64,000 nt of DNA from an uncultured virus (IMG/VR IMGVR_UViG_3300025413_000016) (lineage: Duplodnaviria; Heunggongvirae; Uroviricota; Caudoviricetes), in the IMG/VR virus record IMGVR_UViG_3300025413_000016, one strand, 5' to 3'. Positions 10,472 to 20,875 of the stretch are shown here, piece by piece (position 1 is the stretch's first letter; each line of letters starts with the position of its first letter). Below the pieces are notes generated by a model. That model was not told where the DNA came from and did not search any database. It worked only from the letters and a program-made list of their open reading frames with translations. The position numbers and the translations under genes were made by a program.

Positions 10472-10945
10472 CTACAGGAGTTCTTTTCTAGAGCGATACA
10501 TAATTTGAATAGTCTTGGGAATTGTCATTGAACCAATCTGGACAGTTTCATCAATAGTTACGTTGGTAACAACGCAACCCTGGTAAACAATTCTGCGTTG
10601 AGTACCGTCAGGCTTATTGATGATCTTTACACACTGGACTTCGCCCTGAGCCAATTGCGCCTTGAAAACGTCAAGCAAGTCGGATGCAGTGGTGAATTCT
10701 CCACCAAGCTGTGACCAAACTTCTGCATTCCATTGTTCCAAGAATGTAATCTCAAGACGACCAGCTTGCAAAGCACCAGGAAGAGCAATCTCAATTGGAT
10801 AAGCTGAGTCGAGCGGTTGAATAACCTGAACGTTTGCTACAGGCTGCGGACCAACTTCGTTGATGACCTGGGCATAATTGAGAACTTTGCCTCGGTACAT
10901 AAATGACGTATAGTGGCCTAATACGCGAAACTTTGAACTTGCCAT
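10472..10945 (-). CDS. Tail tube protein
   Basis: 157 aa immediately after the sheath gene; RRIVYQGCVVTNV...ETVQIG tube-like C terminus. Confidence 0.75.
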   Translation of the reverse strand: MASSKFRVLGHYTSFMYRGKVLNYAQVINEVGPQPVANVQVIQPLDSAYPIEIALPGALQAGRLEITFLEQWNAEVWSQLGGEFTTASDLLDVFKAQLAQGEVQCVKIINKPDGTQRRIVYQGCVVTNVTIDETVQIGSMTIPKTIQIMYRSRKELL

Positions 10946-10954
10946 AAGTTACTC

Positions 10955-12532
10955 CTAGTAAGTTGCCTGGTTGGTTTGTTGGTTAATAGTCAGTACAGAA
11001 CCAGTTTGAGTGTTAAGGCTCAAAACCACCTGCAGGTAGTTCAGTGGGTATGTTGGAGAGTACTGGAACGAAATGTTGACTGTCGTTGGTGTAGCTGGGT
11101 TGATTACGTACGACAGGTTCTGGTAGCTCTGAATCAAACCATTTGCCACGGCAACTGTAAGTTGTGCTTGCACTTCACCCAATGCTGCACCTGCAGTATT
11201 CTGAGTCAAGGGACCACCAACAAGGTTTGTGTTTTGCAAAGCAGTTCTAATTTGGTTAGCAAGAGCATCGCCAATTGCTTGAATTGAAATTTCCTGCGTT
11301 AACCAGTTAGTTGTATTTGTAGTCAAACCTTGAAGGATCCAGAAATTTCCGTCTCTCTTTTGGAAGACAGTTGTAACACCATAAGGCAGATAGTTAGTCT
11401 GCGCATCAATCAAAGAAATTTGACTTGGAATGTAATTAAATCCGTTGATAATTTTATTGGTAATTGGAGTTGCTACATTTGTTTGACCAACAAAAGTACC
11501 AGCAACAGCAGCGGCAACGTAGTAACCAGGGATGTTAAAGTTGTTGTTGCTAAGGCCAGTTGAGGTGCTCAAACCAGGGTTATAGTTCACCTGCGGCGGG
11601 TAGATAACACTAATTCTAGTGCCAGCTGAGCTTGCACCAATACCGCTGGCAAAAACCTGCATTTGTGAAGCGTTTGTTTGGTTAGCAGTACCATCGACAC
11701 CAAAGAAGGCGCGTTGGAACACACCAGCACCAGATTGTGTTGCAAGGTAAGAAACAATTGCACCGGCAACCGTGTTTGTACCGTAAGGGACCACCTGGCC
11801 ATATGTGTTACCGCTAGTATAAACGTGACCATAAAGTGGCACAATTACATCGATGTTAGAAAGCGTTGATGCGTAAATTGGGTTGCTACCAGTACCGCTT
11901 GTTGCAAAGGTAGTTGTCCAGTCACTTACAGCAGCAGCACCGCTACCAAGTGTTGATAGTCTTGCGACTGGAAGGACAGTTACGCTTCCTGCGCCATTCA
12001 AGAATGCAAGCTGTGTAGCAAGCAGAGCAGGGTGCGTGATGGTAGAACCACTGATAGATGTACCAATTTGATTAGCAGCTGCGTTGTAGTTGTAGAATGT
12101 ACCGTAAGCACCCCAGTTGTTACCATAGGTAATTTGTACAATACCGCTTGGAAGTGCCTGAGCAGATGATGCTGATACACCACTGGTTGTAATATAGCTA
12201 AATGCATTTGATGTAGTCCCTGGAGCGATATTGAAGTTAACACCGTATGTACCAGTGATCGTGGTGGTACCGCTGATCCAGGTCACTGTGTAACCTGAGT
12301 ATGAAGTGTACGTACCAGTAGAACTATTATTAACCATTGGTGTTGAGAGCTGACCAATGGTGATACCACTGATTGCAGCAACGTTATAGAACGTGTCGGT
12401 GTCGTAACCTGGAACGACATCGTCGGCAACAATGGCAATGTTAAGACCAGTTGGAGCAATAGATGTTAGTTGCGATCCAGATTGTGTAACGTAAACACCC
12501 GGGATCGAGTAGTTAGAAATGGGACTAGGCAT
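10955..12532 (-). CDS. Tail sheath protein
   Basis: 525 aa; N-terminal YSIPGVYV, YVAAAVAG, PITNK, GLTT and C-terminal YSPTYPLNYL motifs typical of sheaths. Confidence 0.85.
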   Translation of the reverse strand: MPSPISNYSIPGVYVTQSGSQLTSIAPTGLNIAIVADDVVPGYDTDTFYNVAAISGITIGQLSTPMVNNSSTGTYTSYSGYTVTWISGTTTITGTYGVNFNIAPGTTSNAFSYITTSGVSASSAQALPSGIVQITYGNNWGAYGTFYNYNAAANQIGTSISGSTITHPALLATQLAFLNGAGSVTVLPVARLSTLGSGAAAVSDWTTTFATSGTGSNPIYASTLSNIDVIVPLYGHVYTSGNTYGQVVPYGTNTVAGAIVSYLATQSGAGVFQRAFFGVDGTANQTNASQMQVFASGIGASSAGTRISVIYPPQVNYNPGLSTSTGLSNNNFNIPGYYVAAAVAGTFVGQTNVATPITNKIINGFNYIPSQISLIDAQTNYLPYGVTTVFQKRDGNFWILQGLTTNTTNWLTQEISIQAIGDALANQIRTALQNTNLVGGPLTQNTAGAALGEVQAQLTVAVANGLIQSYQNLSYVINPATPTTVNISFQYSPTYPLNYLQVVLSLNTQTGSVLTINQQTNQATY

Positions 12533-12601
12533 ACATTCTCCTTCAATGCCTTGTGCAAATTAATTGCTGTTTTACAATGTTTCTTTTATAAAATATTACG
12601 A

Positions 12602-13279
12602 TTAAAACCCATAAAGGTTCTGATTTATGTAGCCAGAGAGCGTAAGGTACGTTGGCACCATAGTGCCTGTGGCAGTAACGCTGGTAATTGCTGGGTAAAG
12701 AACGTCGTACTTGGTCTCGTAGAAGTCGCCAATACAACGAATTCTTACGCTTGCCTCATAAGTAAGTTCTTCTGGGCTCCATGGGGTTCCTGGGCTAACA
12801 CTGTCTCCTAATGGGGTAAAGCTATCCAAGAGTAGTGTCAGACCAACCAGGGAATTGTTGTAAATACTTTGGACAAAAGCAGTACTAGCTGCGCTAATCT
12901 TGTCCATAAGTATCATGTTTGTAACGCTGTCATAAAGCCGGTCACGCTCTTCGGAGTGCATTGCCATGATCTGTAGGTCAATGCTTCCTTCAAAATAACC
13001 AGTTCTATCGGCAGAAAGACCTGAATAGGTTACTCCGCTAATTGTGATGCCGGAAGCAGAAGTGGCGTAAGTGTCTGGGTTAATACCAGACCATTGGATT
13101 TTGCTTGGTCTAAATTGCACAAAAATAGATGGCCATTGGACTGGTTCAAGCGGGTACTCAATGGTAATACTGTTTGGCGTAAGGTCAAGGCTAGTATCGC
13201 TAGGGGTGCCAGTGTTAAGAATGTTAAATCCAGCATTCAATGCCTCTACAATTGTTGTTTTAACGGCTGTTGTAAACAT
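12602..13279 (-). CDS. Putative tail terminator/completion protein
   Basis: 225 aa upstream of the sheath gene; EYPLEPVQWPSIFV and AMHSEERDRLYD patterns. Confidence 0.6.
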   Translation of the reverse strand: MFTTAVKTTIVEALNAGFNILNTGTPSDTSLDLTPNSITIEYPLEPVQWPSIFVQFRPSKIQWSGINPDTYATSASGITISGVTYSGLSADRTGYFEGSIDLQIMAMHSEERDRLYDSVTNMILMDKISAASTAFVQSIYNNSLVGLTLLLDSFTPLGDSVSPGTPWSPEELTYEASVRIRCIGDFYETKYDVLYPAITSVTATGTMVPTYLTLSGYINQNLYGF

Positions 13280-13800
13280 TAGATAGCGGGTCTTCCATAT
13301 ACTATTTCACTGATGTCATCTTTATAATCTGTTTGCATAAGCATTTTTACAATGTCACTAGTGTTTGCTGTTCTTTTCCATTCATCAACACTCATTTTTA
13401 ATGATTTTTGTAGAAAATGAAGCCCTGGTTTTTCTGGGTAATACCATTCACGCTTTACAGTTTGAATTTTACCATCTTTAAAATTTCTATTAATAATTGG
13501 TATTGTACCAATTTTGTCAGCACTAGCAGTTCTAAATGCTATTGTTCCATCTGTTCTTCTAATTGGGATAACTCTACCAGCTAAATCCATCATGGCATGG
13601 GCTTTTACACCATTTTCTAAATCAAAAATATATGCGGTTTCAGGCGGAACTTCCAAGCCAATTATGCCATTATCAGAAAAAGGCAAAAGACTATTCAAAC
13701 TAGCACTGGTTTTACGAGGACCAATAACTTGTGCGATTTGGACTGCACGTCTGGCTATTTGCTCTGTTAATTGTTCTGGTGCGGGTATGCTTTCAAACAT
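13279..13800 (-). CDS. Putative neck/tail-completion protein
   Basis: 173 aa; WYYPEKPGLHFL resembles the WxHPG..F motif of neck proteins. Confidence 0.5.
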   Translation of the reverse strand: MFESIPAPEQLTEQIARRAVQIAQVIGPRKTSASLNSLLPFSDNGIIGLEVPPETAYIFDLENGVKAHAMMDLAGRVIPIRRTDGTIAFRTASADKIGTIPIINRNFKDGKIQTVKREWYYPEKPGLHFLQKSLKMSVDEWKRTANTSDIVKMLMQTDYKDDISEIVYGRPAI

Positions 13801-14540
13801 TAGATAATTGGCACGTTATAGTAAGGGTGTCCGGGCCAAACGTTCTCGAGCACCGTTTGTTGGCTAACAATAATTTGTGTATTGGTAAATGGCTGTGTGG
13901 TTCCAACACGGTATGGATATTGTGCAGATGGCCCAGGGCCAGTTCTAATGGTCTGTGGAGCTACCGAACTCACTTGGAACCTTTCGCTGGTTGATGTTGG
14001 CGAACCGTTGTTCCAGCTCTCTACACGGACCACAAGGTCACCGACACGGATCTGTGGGAACCATGAGAACTGAACACGTGGATTTTGCTTCCAGAACTGA
14101 CCAGTGCTGAGATTTCTACGATCATCTTCTGTGTCAGCTGCCATCATATAAACGTGGTAGCAAGTGGGTTGAAAACCGCCAGAGAATGTTGTCCCGTAGC
14201 AGGTACCGCAATAGCTATTACCAGTCTGCTTGTAAACATTGCTAACACGTCTTTGGATAGAAGTATCAGGGCTGCTTGGGTTAGGACTATCTTGACACTG
14301 TTGGCAATAGCCGACAAGTCCTGCTTGAGCGTCTTCAGCACGCCAAAGCAGGCGTACAATGCATTCTTCACCAAACCACTGCAAAGTCTCATCGTGGAAA
14401 CGCTGCTGATTTACCTGTGTTATTGCTTCTCGTGCTTTAACAACAAGCAATGGGCTCTCGAGCTGAGTATTTAAACCACCGCTACCTGATACGACGGGAC
14501 CTGGTTGTGGATTGATTCCTGACACACTATGCTCCACCAA
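13800..14540 (-). CDS. Putative head-closure/neck protein with Zn finger (probable start GTG 14525)
   Basis: CQQC...CGTCYGTTFSGGF motif; follows the adaptor gene. Confidence 0.6.
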   Translation of the reverse strand: MVEHSVSGINPQPGPVVSGSGGLNTQLESPLLVVKAREAITQVNQQRFHDETLQWFGEECIVRLLWRAEDAQAGLVGYCQQCQDSPNPSSPDTSIQRRVSNVYKQTGNSYCGTCYGTTFSGGFQPTCYHVYMMAADTEDDRRNLSTGQFWKQNPRVQFSWFPQIRVGDLVVRVESWNNGSPTSTSERFQVSSVAPQTIRTGPGPSAQYPYRVGTTQPFTNTQIIVSQQTVLENVWPGHPYYNVPII

Positions 14541-15393
14541 GGTTCACGGCAGCGTATTGAAAGTGAGGACGTGCAGGGTTTGTGAACATACGTGGTATAA
14601 GACCACCAGCGACCAGAAGGCTTCGCTTCGATCCAACCATGTATTGACGTTTCATCTGACGAAGTTGTTTGTCAGCAATCTCTTTATCAAACAAATAAAG
14701 CTGCCACCATCTGTTGTAGTAATCTCTACGGTCCATCCAAGCAGCGTTCATGCCATTTGGTGATGGTTGTTCAATATAGTTACGAGCAATGTGTTTTAAA
14801 AAGTGGGCATAAGTTTGTGTAGCCAAAACACCGTAATAAGTAGTTGGGAATGGCACTATGGCATTCATACCAACTTGGTACGCAGGATTAAAAATAGGTT
14901 GGAATTCAAAATTGATATAGTCCATGGTTTCATCTTGCATAACCATAGCAACTTCCTCATACATAAGGAAACCACTTTGGTTTAACTCTTGCAAATATGG
15001 ACCACCTGCTGTTGAGTCAAAACTTTTGTCAAGACGGTGCACAATTCCAGTGACAAGCTCTCTAGTTGCTGTATCTAAGTTGCTCCAATAGGGCATCTGA
15101 TCGGTAACAACAAAACTATCTAAATACGTTCTTGGGCTACCACTATTTACCGTGTAGTTCCAAGTTGCTGCATAGTTACCTTGAATAGCAGTTTGGCTCG
15201 AGTTAAGCGTATACTGGTATGTACCAGTACTTTCATAAGTAGCTTGCCCTGAAGCGAGGACGACTGTATTATTATCAGAATTGGTAATGTTAAGCCATAC
15301 GTATTTGTTATCCGGGTCAGCTAGTGAGCCGCTGATATACGTTGTTATCCCTACTGGCTCTGCAGCATATTGTGGAATAGGACGTACTCTCAT
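14527..15393 (-). CDS. Putative head-to-tail adaptor
   Basis: 288 aa; Ig-like N terminus plus helical C terminus (MDRRDYYNRW); neck position. Confidence 0.6.
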   Translation of the reverse strand: MRVRPIPQYAAEPVGITTYISGSLADPDNKYVWLNITNSDNNTVVLASGQATYESTGTYQYTLNSSQTAIQGNYAATWNYTVNSGSPRTYLDSFVVTDQMPYWSNLDTATRELVTGIVHRLDKSFDSTAGGPYLQELNQSGFLMYEEVAMVMQDETMDYINFEFQPIFNPAYQVGMNAIVPFPTTYYGVLATQTYAHFLKHIARNYIEQPSPNGMNAAWMDRRDYYNRWWQLYLFDKEIADKQLRQMKRQYMVGSKRSLLVAGGLIPRMFTNPARPHFQYAAVNLGGA

Positions 15394-15394
15394 G

Positions 15395-16663
15395 CTAACC
15401 GATCTTTACAGCTGTTATACCTGTAGCGTTTGGGATACTGCCAACCAGCGAGTTAACATAAATAACATAAGGACCTGAGCCGTTTGCCAGGTCTATGTTT
15501 AAATACACTGTAGTTGTTGAAGCTAAAGTAACCAATGCATTAATATTCATTGTAACGTAATATTCTGCACCGGTTGCATTACCAATTGTTTTAGAACTAG
15601 ATGCATACGCACCTATAATTGAATTAGAATTTGGCCCTAAGAATGACGTTGCATAACCAATTGTAGACGCAGTATTTTCTATTAAACAACAAGCTGTTAT
15701 CATCCACACTCCAGCTGTAAGACTAACGCTTGTAACATTGCTAATAGTATTTGCTGCAGGACCTAAATTACTTCCTGTAAGGAAATTGCTAACTGTTGTT
15801 AGGGGGAAGGTGGCAGAGTTAGATCCAATTGTTAAGCTATTAACTGGGACCCAATTGTTATAAAAAGTAGAATACTGAAGCAATGCGTTATTTGCTGGTG
15901 CCCCACCAGGTGCAGTATAGGGGAGAATATTACTTGTTGTATAGCTACCAACGGTAAGGTTGCCACCTACTGAAGCATTATTGCTAACGGTCAACCCACT
16001 AGTTACGATTAAATCACTAGCTGTAAGACTATCTGTGTCCAGTCCATTAAAAACAGTTGGATTATACATAGTTGGGTTAACTAGACTTGAACCGTTATAG
16101 GAACTAAGATATCCACTAATTATAGTACGCTGTAGAATAGATGTGCCAGCAATATTTAATGAAGTACCTGTAATAGTAGTAGCTGTTAAAGTACCAGTAA
16201 TTGTTGCGTTTTGACCAACTTGCAAAGAACCAGTCGGCACATTGATAAGCGTTGATGCGTTAAACGTTGTTCCACTAACAGTACCCGTAAAGTTTGTTGT
16301 ACCGCTTACAACCAAACTATTAGTACCAGTCAGAGTCAAAGTACCAGTAGAAGTAAGATTGAACACATCAAAGTCAGCAACCAAAGGTCCAGCCACCCAT
16401 GGAACAACAGTACCGCTAGCCAGTGAAGAATTTTCTTGCTGACGGTTTACTGTTGCTACGTTACCAAGCACGCTTGTGACGTATATAACTTCTGGTCCTG
16501 AGATGTTGTTGGCACCAAAGTACCCAGGGTTAAGCGTTACAGGCAGGTAAGATCCCGCTGGAATGTTAGTAGGCCAGTTGGTACCAGTAATAACCGTTTG
16601 ACCGGTACTGTTTTGTACACCAGAAGCTACGCCTGATAGAAAATTAGCACGATAACGTGGCAT
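15395..16663 (-). CDS. Fibre-like virion protein
   Basis: 422 aa, T/S/G-rich beta repeats (VTSGLTVSNNASVGGNLTV) shared with other fibres in the window. Confidence 0.6.
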   Translation of the reverse strand: MPRYRANFLSGVASGVQNSTGQTVITGTNWPTNIPAGSYLPVTLNPGYFGANNISGPEVIYVTSVLGNVATVNRQQENSSLASGTVVPWVAGPLVADFDVFNLTSTGTLTLTGTNSLVVSGTTNFTGTVSGTTFNASTLINVPTGSLQVGQNATITGTLTATTITGTSLNIAGTSILQRTIISGYLSSYNGSSLVNPTMYNPTVFNGLDTDSLTASDLIVTSGLTVSNNASVGGNLTVGSYTTSNILPYTAPGGAPANNALLQYSTFYNNWVPVNSLTIGSNSATFPLTTVSNFLTGSNLGPAANTISNVTSVSLTAGVWMITACCLIENTASTIGYATSFLGPNSNSIIGAYASSSKTIGNATGAEYYVTMNINALVTLASTTTVYLNIDLANGSGPYVIYVNSLVGSIPNATGITAVKIG

Positions 16664-16670
16664 TTATACC

Positions 16671-17162
16671 CTACTTTGTAGGTGGGTAGTGAATAGGTCT
16701 TGTTGTACCTGTGTGAAAGCGAAGGTACGTAGGAGCACCCAGACCTCTGAGCACTGAGTCGTGAACAAAGTGAGGATCGCCTTGCTGCCCCATGCTTACA
16801 CAAAGAGGGTCACTCTTGTTGGTTGTGTCATAAACAAGAACAGCGTGAACACCCGTGCCTGCACCATAAACAACAACGTCACCAGGCTGTACTTGAGCCA
16901 ATGGGATGTGCGTACCATGAGCAAGCAAGGTACCGGTATACCCAGTGTGGTTGTAGCCCTGACCATTGGGGTCGTCTGCTCCAGCCCAGTTGTAGCAGAT
17001 TGTTACCCAAGCACTGCAATCGCAGGTAACAGGAAGTGCTCCGGGGTGGCCGATTTCAGCCATGCGTTGTGCGCCTTCTGTGTAGGTAAAGTGCGTATTG
17101 TTTTTAACGCCCCATGCTCCCCATGCCACGATGGCTGGTCTTGCGTCAATTGGTGTAGTCAT
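16671..17162 (-). CDS. NlpC/P60 peptidoglycan endopeptidase (candidate endolysin)
   Basis: CDCSAWV, QPGDVVVYG and GVHAV motifs. Confidence 0.75.
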   Translation of the reverse strand: MTTPIDARPAIVAWGAWGVKNNTHFTYTEGAQRMAEIGHPGALPVTCDCSAWVTICYNWAGADDPNGQGYNHTGYTGTLLAHGTHIPLAQVQPGDVVVYGAGTGVHAVLVYDTTNKSDPLCVSMGQQGDPHFVHDSVLRGLGAPTYLRFHTGTTRPIHYPPTK

Positions 17163-17211
17163 ATTATCTCCTTTGGTCTATTAACTACGGTAAGATCTTG
17201 ATAGTTTTACA

Positions 17212-17406
17212 TCAAAAAGGAACTACGTCTTCGCCCGATTGGTTGTTGGGTTCAACATAATCATTGGCTTGCAAAACGCCATCAACTGTGTAGTTTCCTA
17301 CGTTATCAATATTGTTGTTGTTATTAGCTGTGTAATCTGTAATCTTGCTCGATGGTTGCGAAGATGCTGATTCTACAAGGGAAACATTAAGTACGTAATT
17401 AGCCAT
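17212..17406 (-). CDS. Hypothetical protein
   Basis: 64 aa with GGA RBS, in the operon. Confidence 0.5.
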   Translation of the reverse strand: MANYVLNVSLVESASSQPSSKITDYTANNNNNIDNVGNYTVDGVLQANDYVEPNNQSGEDVVPF

Positions 17407-17413
17407 TTAATTC

Positions 17414-17950
17414 CTAAGAAAATTGCACGCTGATGTTGAACGTAACGCTGTCTCCTGCTTGCAATCCAATGCCCGCAAAGCTGCTCTTAATGTACATATT
17501 TCCTGAAGGGGATACAACCGGGGTGAGGGCAGGAATGATGCTTGTGCTCTTGGTTGATCCGTTTGCACCACGGGTTACATTGAATCTATTAGTGCCATTG
17601 CCAGAAGTTACAGTCATTACTTCTGATGCCACCTGTACATTGAACGGATAGGTGGCTGGAAAGCCGCTGTAGCCACTCACTGTGATAGTGGTATCCGTGG
17701 GGTTGACTTGACTTGCAAGCGACCCCACAGCTGAACTAAGCTGACTATCAAAAAGGCCTACCTCGGTAACCGAAATGATTCCACTAGCAGTAAGGGTAGC
17801 TACACAGAGAAAAGTATCACCAGAAGTAGAAGTGGTAGGGGTAGTAATAATCCCAGATACAACAGATCCAACAGGGTTAAACAAAGCAATATCAGTAGCC
17901 TGAGCAGTACCAGAACCAGTACCCCAGGCAATATAAGTAGGAGTTGACAT
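17414..17950 (-). CDS. Putative virion/tail protein
   Basis: 178 aa; IAWGTG, TEVGLF and GDSVTFNI motifs seen in fibre-attachment proteins. Confidence 0.55.
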   Translation of the reverse strand: MSTPTYIAWGTGSGTAQATDIALFNPVGSVVSGIITTPTTSTSGDTFLCVATLTASGIISVTEVGLFDSQLSSAVGSLASQVNPTDTTITVSGYSGFPATYPFNVQVASEVMTVTSGNGTNRFNVTRGANGSTKSTSIIPALTPVVSPSGNMYIKSSFAGIGLQAGDSVTFNISVQFS

Positions 17951-17989
17951 TAGTTATTGGATAGCCTTAGATAGTTTATGCCTGGCATA

Positions 17990-20770
17990 TTAAGATATTG
18001 TTCCTACAACAAAGGTGTTAGAAAGAGTACCGTCTACACAGTAGTACTTGTATCTACTAAATGGGTGAGAAGGTAAGTAAAAACTACTACCATTTGAAGA
18101 ATTACTACTTGTACTTACACCGGTGTTCACTTGTGCACCACCTGTGGTCCCGTATTTGACCAATAAGTCAGTTGTCCTATTGGCAGTTAGCCCAGAGAGG
18201 GTAATATTTAAAGTGCCTTGGTTAATATTTACTAGAACAGTATTATCCTTAGACATATCCAAGACTACTGTGCTACTACCGGTTACAGTTACTGTACGGT
18301 AACTAGTATTATTTGCAGATATTTGTGTAGTACCATCAGAAAAAGTTATTGAGTTGGCGTTAAGTCCAGAAGTTGTAACATAGCCAGATGCTACAAGGGT
18401 ATTGGTAGCAATACCACTCGTTACAATTTGCGGTAGCTGAGCTTGAACAACACCGTTGATATTAAATACACCACTATTGACGGTTAATGCAGCTTGGGTA
18501 CCAAAAGAAGCATCGGTAATATAAATAGTACCGGAACCAACGTACAAACTCTTCCAGCGATTGGAGGGTGATCCTAGAGTGTAAGTATTGTCAGTTGATG
18601 GATTGATATCCGATACTGTAGCATTACCACTAACTGTAAGACCACTTGTGACAATTAAATTGTTTTGTACTGTTAGAACACCTGATGCAGTACGAACAAT
18701 GTTTGCATCGTAAGAGTTACTTGTACCAAGGCGCAAAGATTGTGTGTACAAAGCACTTGAATAAGCGGCTGGTGAAGTGCTGTCGGATGCTGAAATTATT
18801 AATTGGTCGGAGTTAGTAGTCGCAGACTGAATTTTGATTACTGGGGTGTACGTATCACCACCAACAATTTGCCTGTACCAAAGAACGGTTGAATCGTCTG
18901 AGTTTGCTTTTAAGTTAGGAGATCCAGCTTTTGTTGAAGCGCCAGAACCAGTGTTGGCAATTCCGTAGGGCGAATAACTTGCAAAGTACACGGCACCGTT
19001 GAAATATGGCAAGCCTACCGCTGCAGCCATTGTAGTACCTGAATAAGTACCTGTTAACGTAGTACTAAGTGGAACAGTGGTGCTATTAAGTGTGTATGAA
19101 ACATCAACAATTTTCTTCTCTGAACCAATAGTCAATGGTACATATGGCACAATGCCAGCGGTACTCCCAGAAAGGGTTATGGTACTACCACTTGCTGATA
19201 CAACAGAATACGTTGTAGCCGTAGTTGGGTTGTTGATTGGCATATTGTCTGTGTAATTCAAATTGGCAAGTGTGTTGCCAAGGTAAACGTGGTACTGGAC
19301 TCCTGCGGTTCCATTCAAGTTGCCAAGGACAATATTACCAAGCACATTTAGTCGACCAGTCCAAGCTGTGTCAGTTGCAATATTTGAAGTAATTGCGTTC
19401 TGAGTTCCACTAAAAGAAGTGCAATTGTTAGAAAAGGAAACACCTGGTTCAATGGTAACATCTGAGCAACCAGGTGTACCAGTAAGAGAACTAAAATAAG
19501 CACCAGGACCAGCAGCACTATTATTAATTGTGTTTGAACCAGCTTCTATATAAATTGCTTCTTTTTTGTGGTGGTCAAAAGTTGTTCTAGTGCCAATAGT
19601 ACATTGAAGGCCACCTAGTACGTATACACCATTCCCACCGCAATTCCAGATCTCTCCGCCGTTTACTGCCGTTACTGTGTCATTTAGAACAAAGCCGTGT
19701 AATGCACATGCTCCAATAACAGAGTTTTTTGCTTCACTATCAGCACAGTTCCAGACGATACCACAAGCATTTGCATTATTACCACTTCCGCCACTAATAC
19801 CTGCACCGTAAATGTTTACGTGCTCCAATTTATTTTCACCACGGTTGTGGCCTAAATAGATGGTTGCATCACCAGAGAAGTAGTTTGCCGCAACGTTCTC
19901 TAAACGCAAATTCATATTAGCCAAGAAAGGTTTAAGAATTGTACTAGACGATGTGTACTTATTCTTAATAGGCAAAGTCAGTGTTAGTGTGCCAGAAGAG
20001 TAAGACTTTACAGTTACTTCTTCATATACACTAGGACTAGAGCTGTAAAGAGCAAGACTCATGCCTGGCTGCAGGAAAGTAGTATCACTCGGAGAAAGTC
20101 CTGTGATAACTGTTGTTCCAGCAGTTAATGCGCCTGTTGTTACAGATGGCATTGATGTAACCCAGTTAGCAGCATTGTATGCTTGCCACGGCTGTGATGT
20201 GGAGTAGTTTCTAGTTGTACCTTCTCCGGGGACATCTACTGCGTAAATTGCATAATTATCAGCACTAGTGGTGTAAGCACCATACAGAACAATATCTTTA
20301 ATTGTTATATTCTGGTTTGGTGGGTGGATGACAAATAATGGGCCAGCACCTGGGGCAGAATAAGTTGTAGAACCAGTAGTTGAATTATATGAAACATTAG
20401 CATGGTAAATTGCTGCTGTTTCTTTGGGCAGCGGGTGTGAAGTGTAGATGGCATTTAAATTCATGCCAGTACCTTCTAGTTTTGCTCCAGAAGGCAAATA
20501 GAGAGGCGATGAAACAACATAAATACCTGGGGAAAAACGAACTGGGATACCAGAAAAAATAGCGGCTTGGATAGCAGCAGTACTATCAGTTTGGCCTGTA
20601 GGGTCTGCACCATAGTTAATTGGGTCAACAAAAGAAGAAGAACTTAAAGCACCTGTTACTATTAAATTACCACTGATGGTGCCGCCAGTTGTTGGTAAAT
20701 ATTGAGCATAAGCACTTGAAAATGCTTGTACTAAATTTGTTCTTGTTGCACTAGTCAATACTGTGTCCAT
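17990..20770 (-). CDS. Tailspike/receptor-binding protein with pectate-lyase-like beta-helix (candidate depolymerase)
   Basis: 926 aa; VDPINYGADPTGQTDSTAAIQAAI...FSPGIYVV N-terminal beta-helix cap motif, then parallel beta-helix-like repeats. Confidence 0.75.
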   Translation of the reverse strand: MDTVLTSATRTNLVQAFSSAYAQYLPTTGGTISGNLIVTGALSSSSFVDPINYGADPTGQTDSTAAIQAAIFSGIPVRFSPGIYVVSSPLYLPSGAKLEGTGMNLNAIYTSHPLPKETAAIYHANVSYNSTTGSTTYSAPGAGPLFVIHPPNQNITIKDIVLYGAYTTSADNYAIYAVDVPGEGTTRNYSTSQPWQAYNAANWVTSMPSVTTGALTAGTTVITGLSPSDTTFLQPGMSLALYSSSPSVYEEVTVKSYSSGTLTLTLPIKNKYTSSSTILKPFLANMNLRLENVAANYFSGDATIYLGHNRGENKLEHVNIYGAGISGGSGNNANACGIVWNCADSEAKNSVIGACALHGFVLNDTVTAVNGGEIWNCGGNGVYVLGGLQCTIGTRTTFDHHKKEAIYIEAGSNTINNSAAGPGAYFSSLTGTPGCSDVTIEPGVSFSNNCTSFSGTQNAITSNIATDTAWTGRLNVLGNIVLGNLNGTAGVQYHVYLGNTLANLNYTDNMPINNPTTATTYSVVSASGSTITLSGSTAGIVPYVPLTIGSEKKIVDVSYTLNSTTVPLSTTLTGTYSGTTMAAAVGLPYFNGAVYFASYSPYGIANTGSGASTKAGSPNLKANSDDSTVLWYRQIVGGDTYTPVIKIQSATTNSDQLIISASDSTSPAAYSSALYTQSLRLGTSNSYDANIVRTASGVLTVQNNLIVTSGLTVSGNATVSDINPSTDNTYTLGSPSNRWKSLYVGSGTIYITDASFGTQAALTVNSGVFNINGVVQAQLPQIVTSGIATNTLVASGYVTTSGLNANSITFSDGTTQISANNTSYRTVTVTGSSTVVLDMSKDNTVLVNINQGTLNITLSGLTANRTTDLLVKYGTTGGAQVNTGVSTSSNSSNGSSFYLPSHPFSRYKYYCVDGTLSNTFVVGTIS

Positions 20771-20789
20771 GATCGTCCTTTAAAGTAGT

Positions 20790-20831
20790 AGAACCAATGG
20801 CGCCGAGTTCTTCACGGTCACCATTGGCTCT
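20790..20831 (-). promoter_or_regulatory. Intergenic hairpin upstream of the tailspike gene
   Basis: AGAGCCAATGGTG...CGCCATTGGTTCT stem with G-U pairs on the minus strand. Confidence 0.4.
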
Positions 20832-20875
20832 AATAACTACTGCTTCGACCTTTATACTAAAAGGCACGTGTTCCA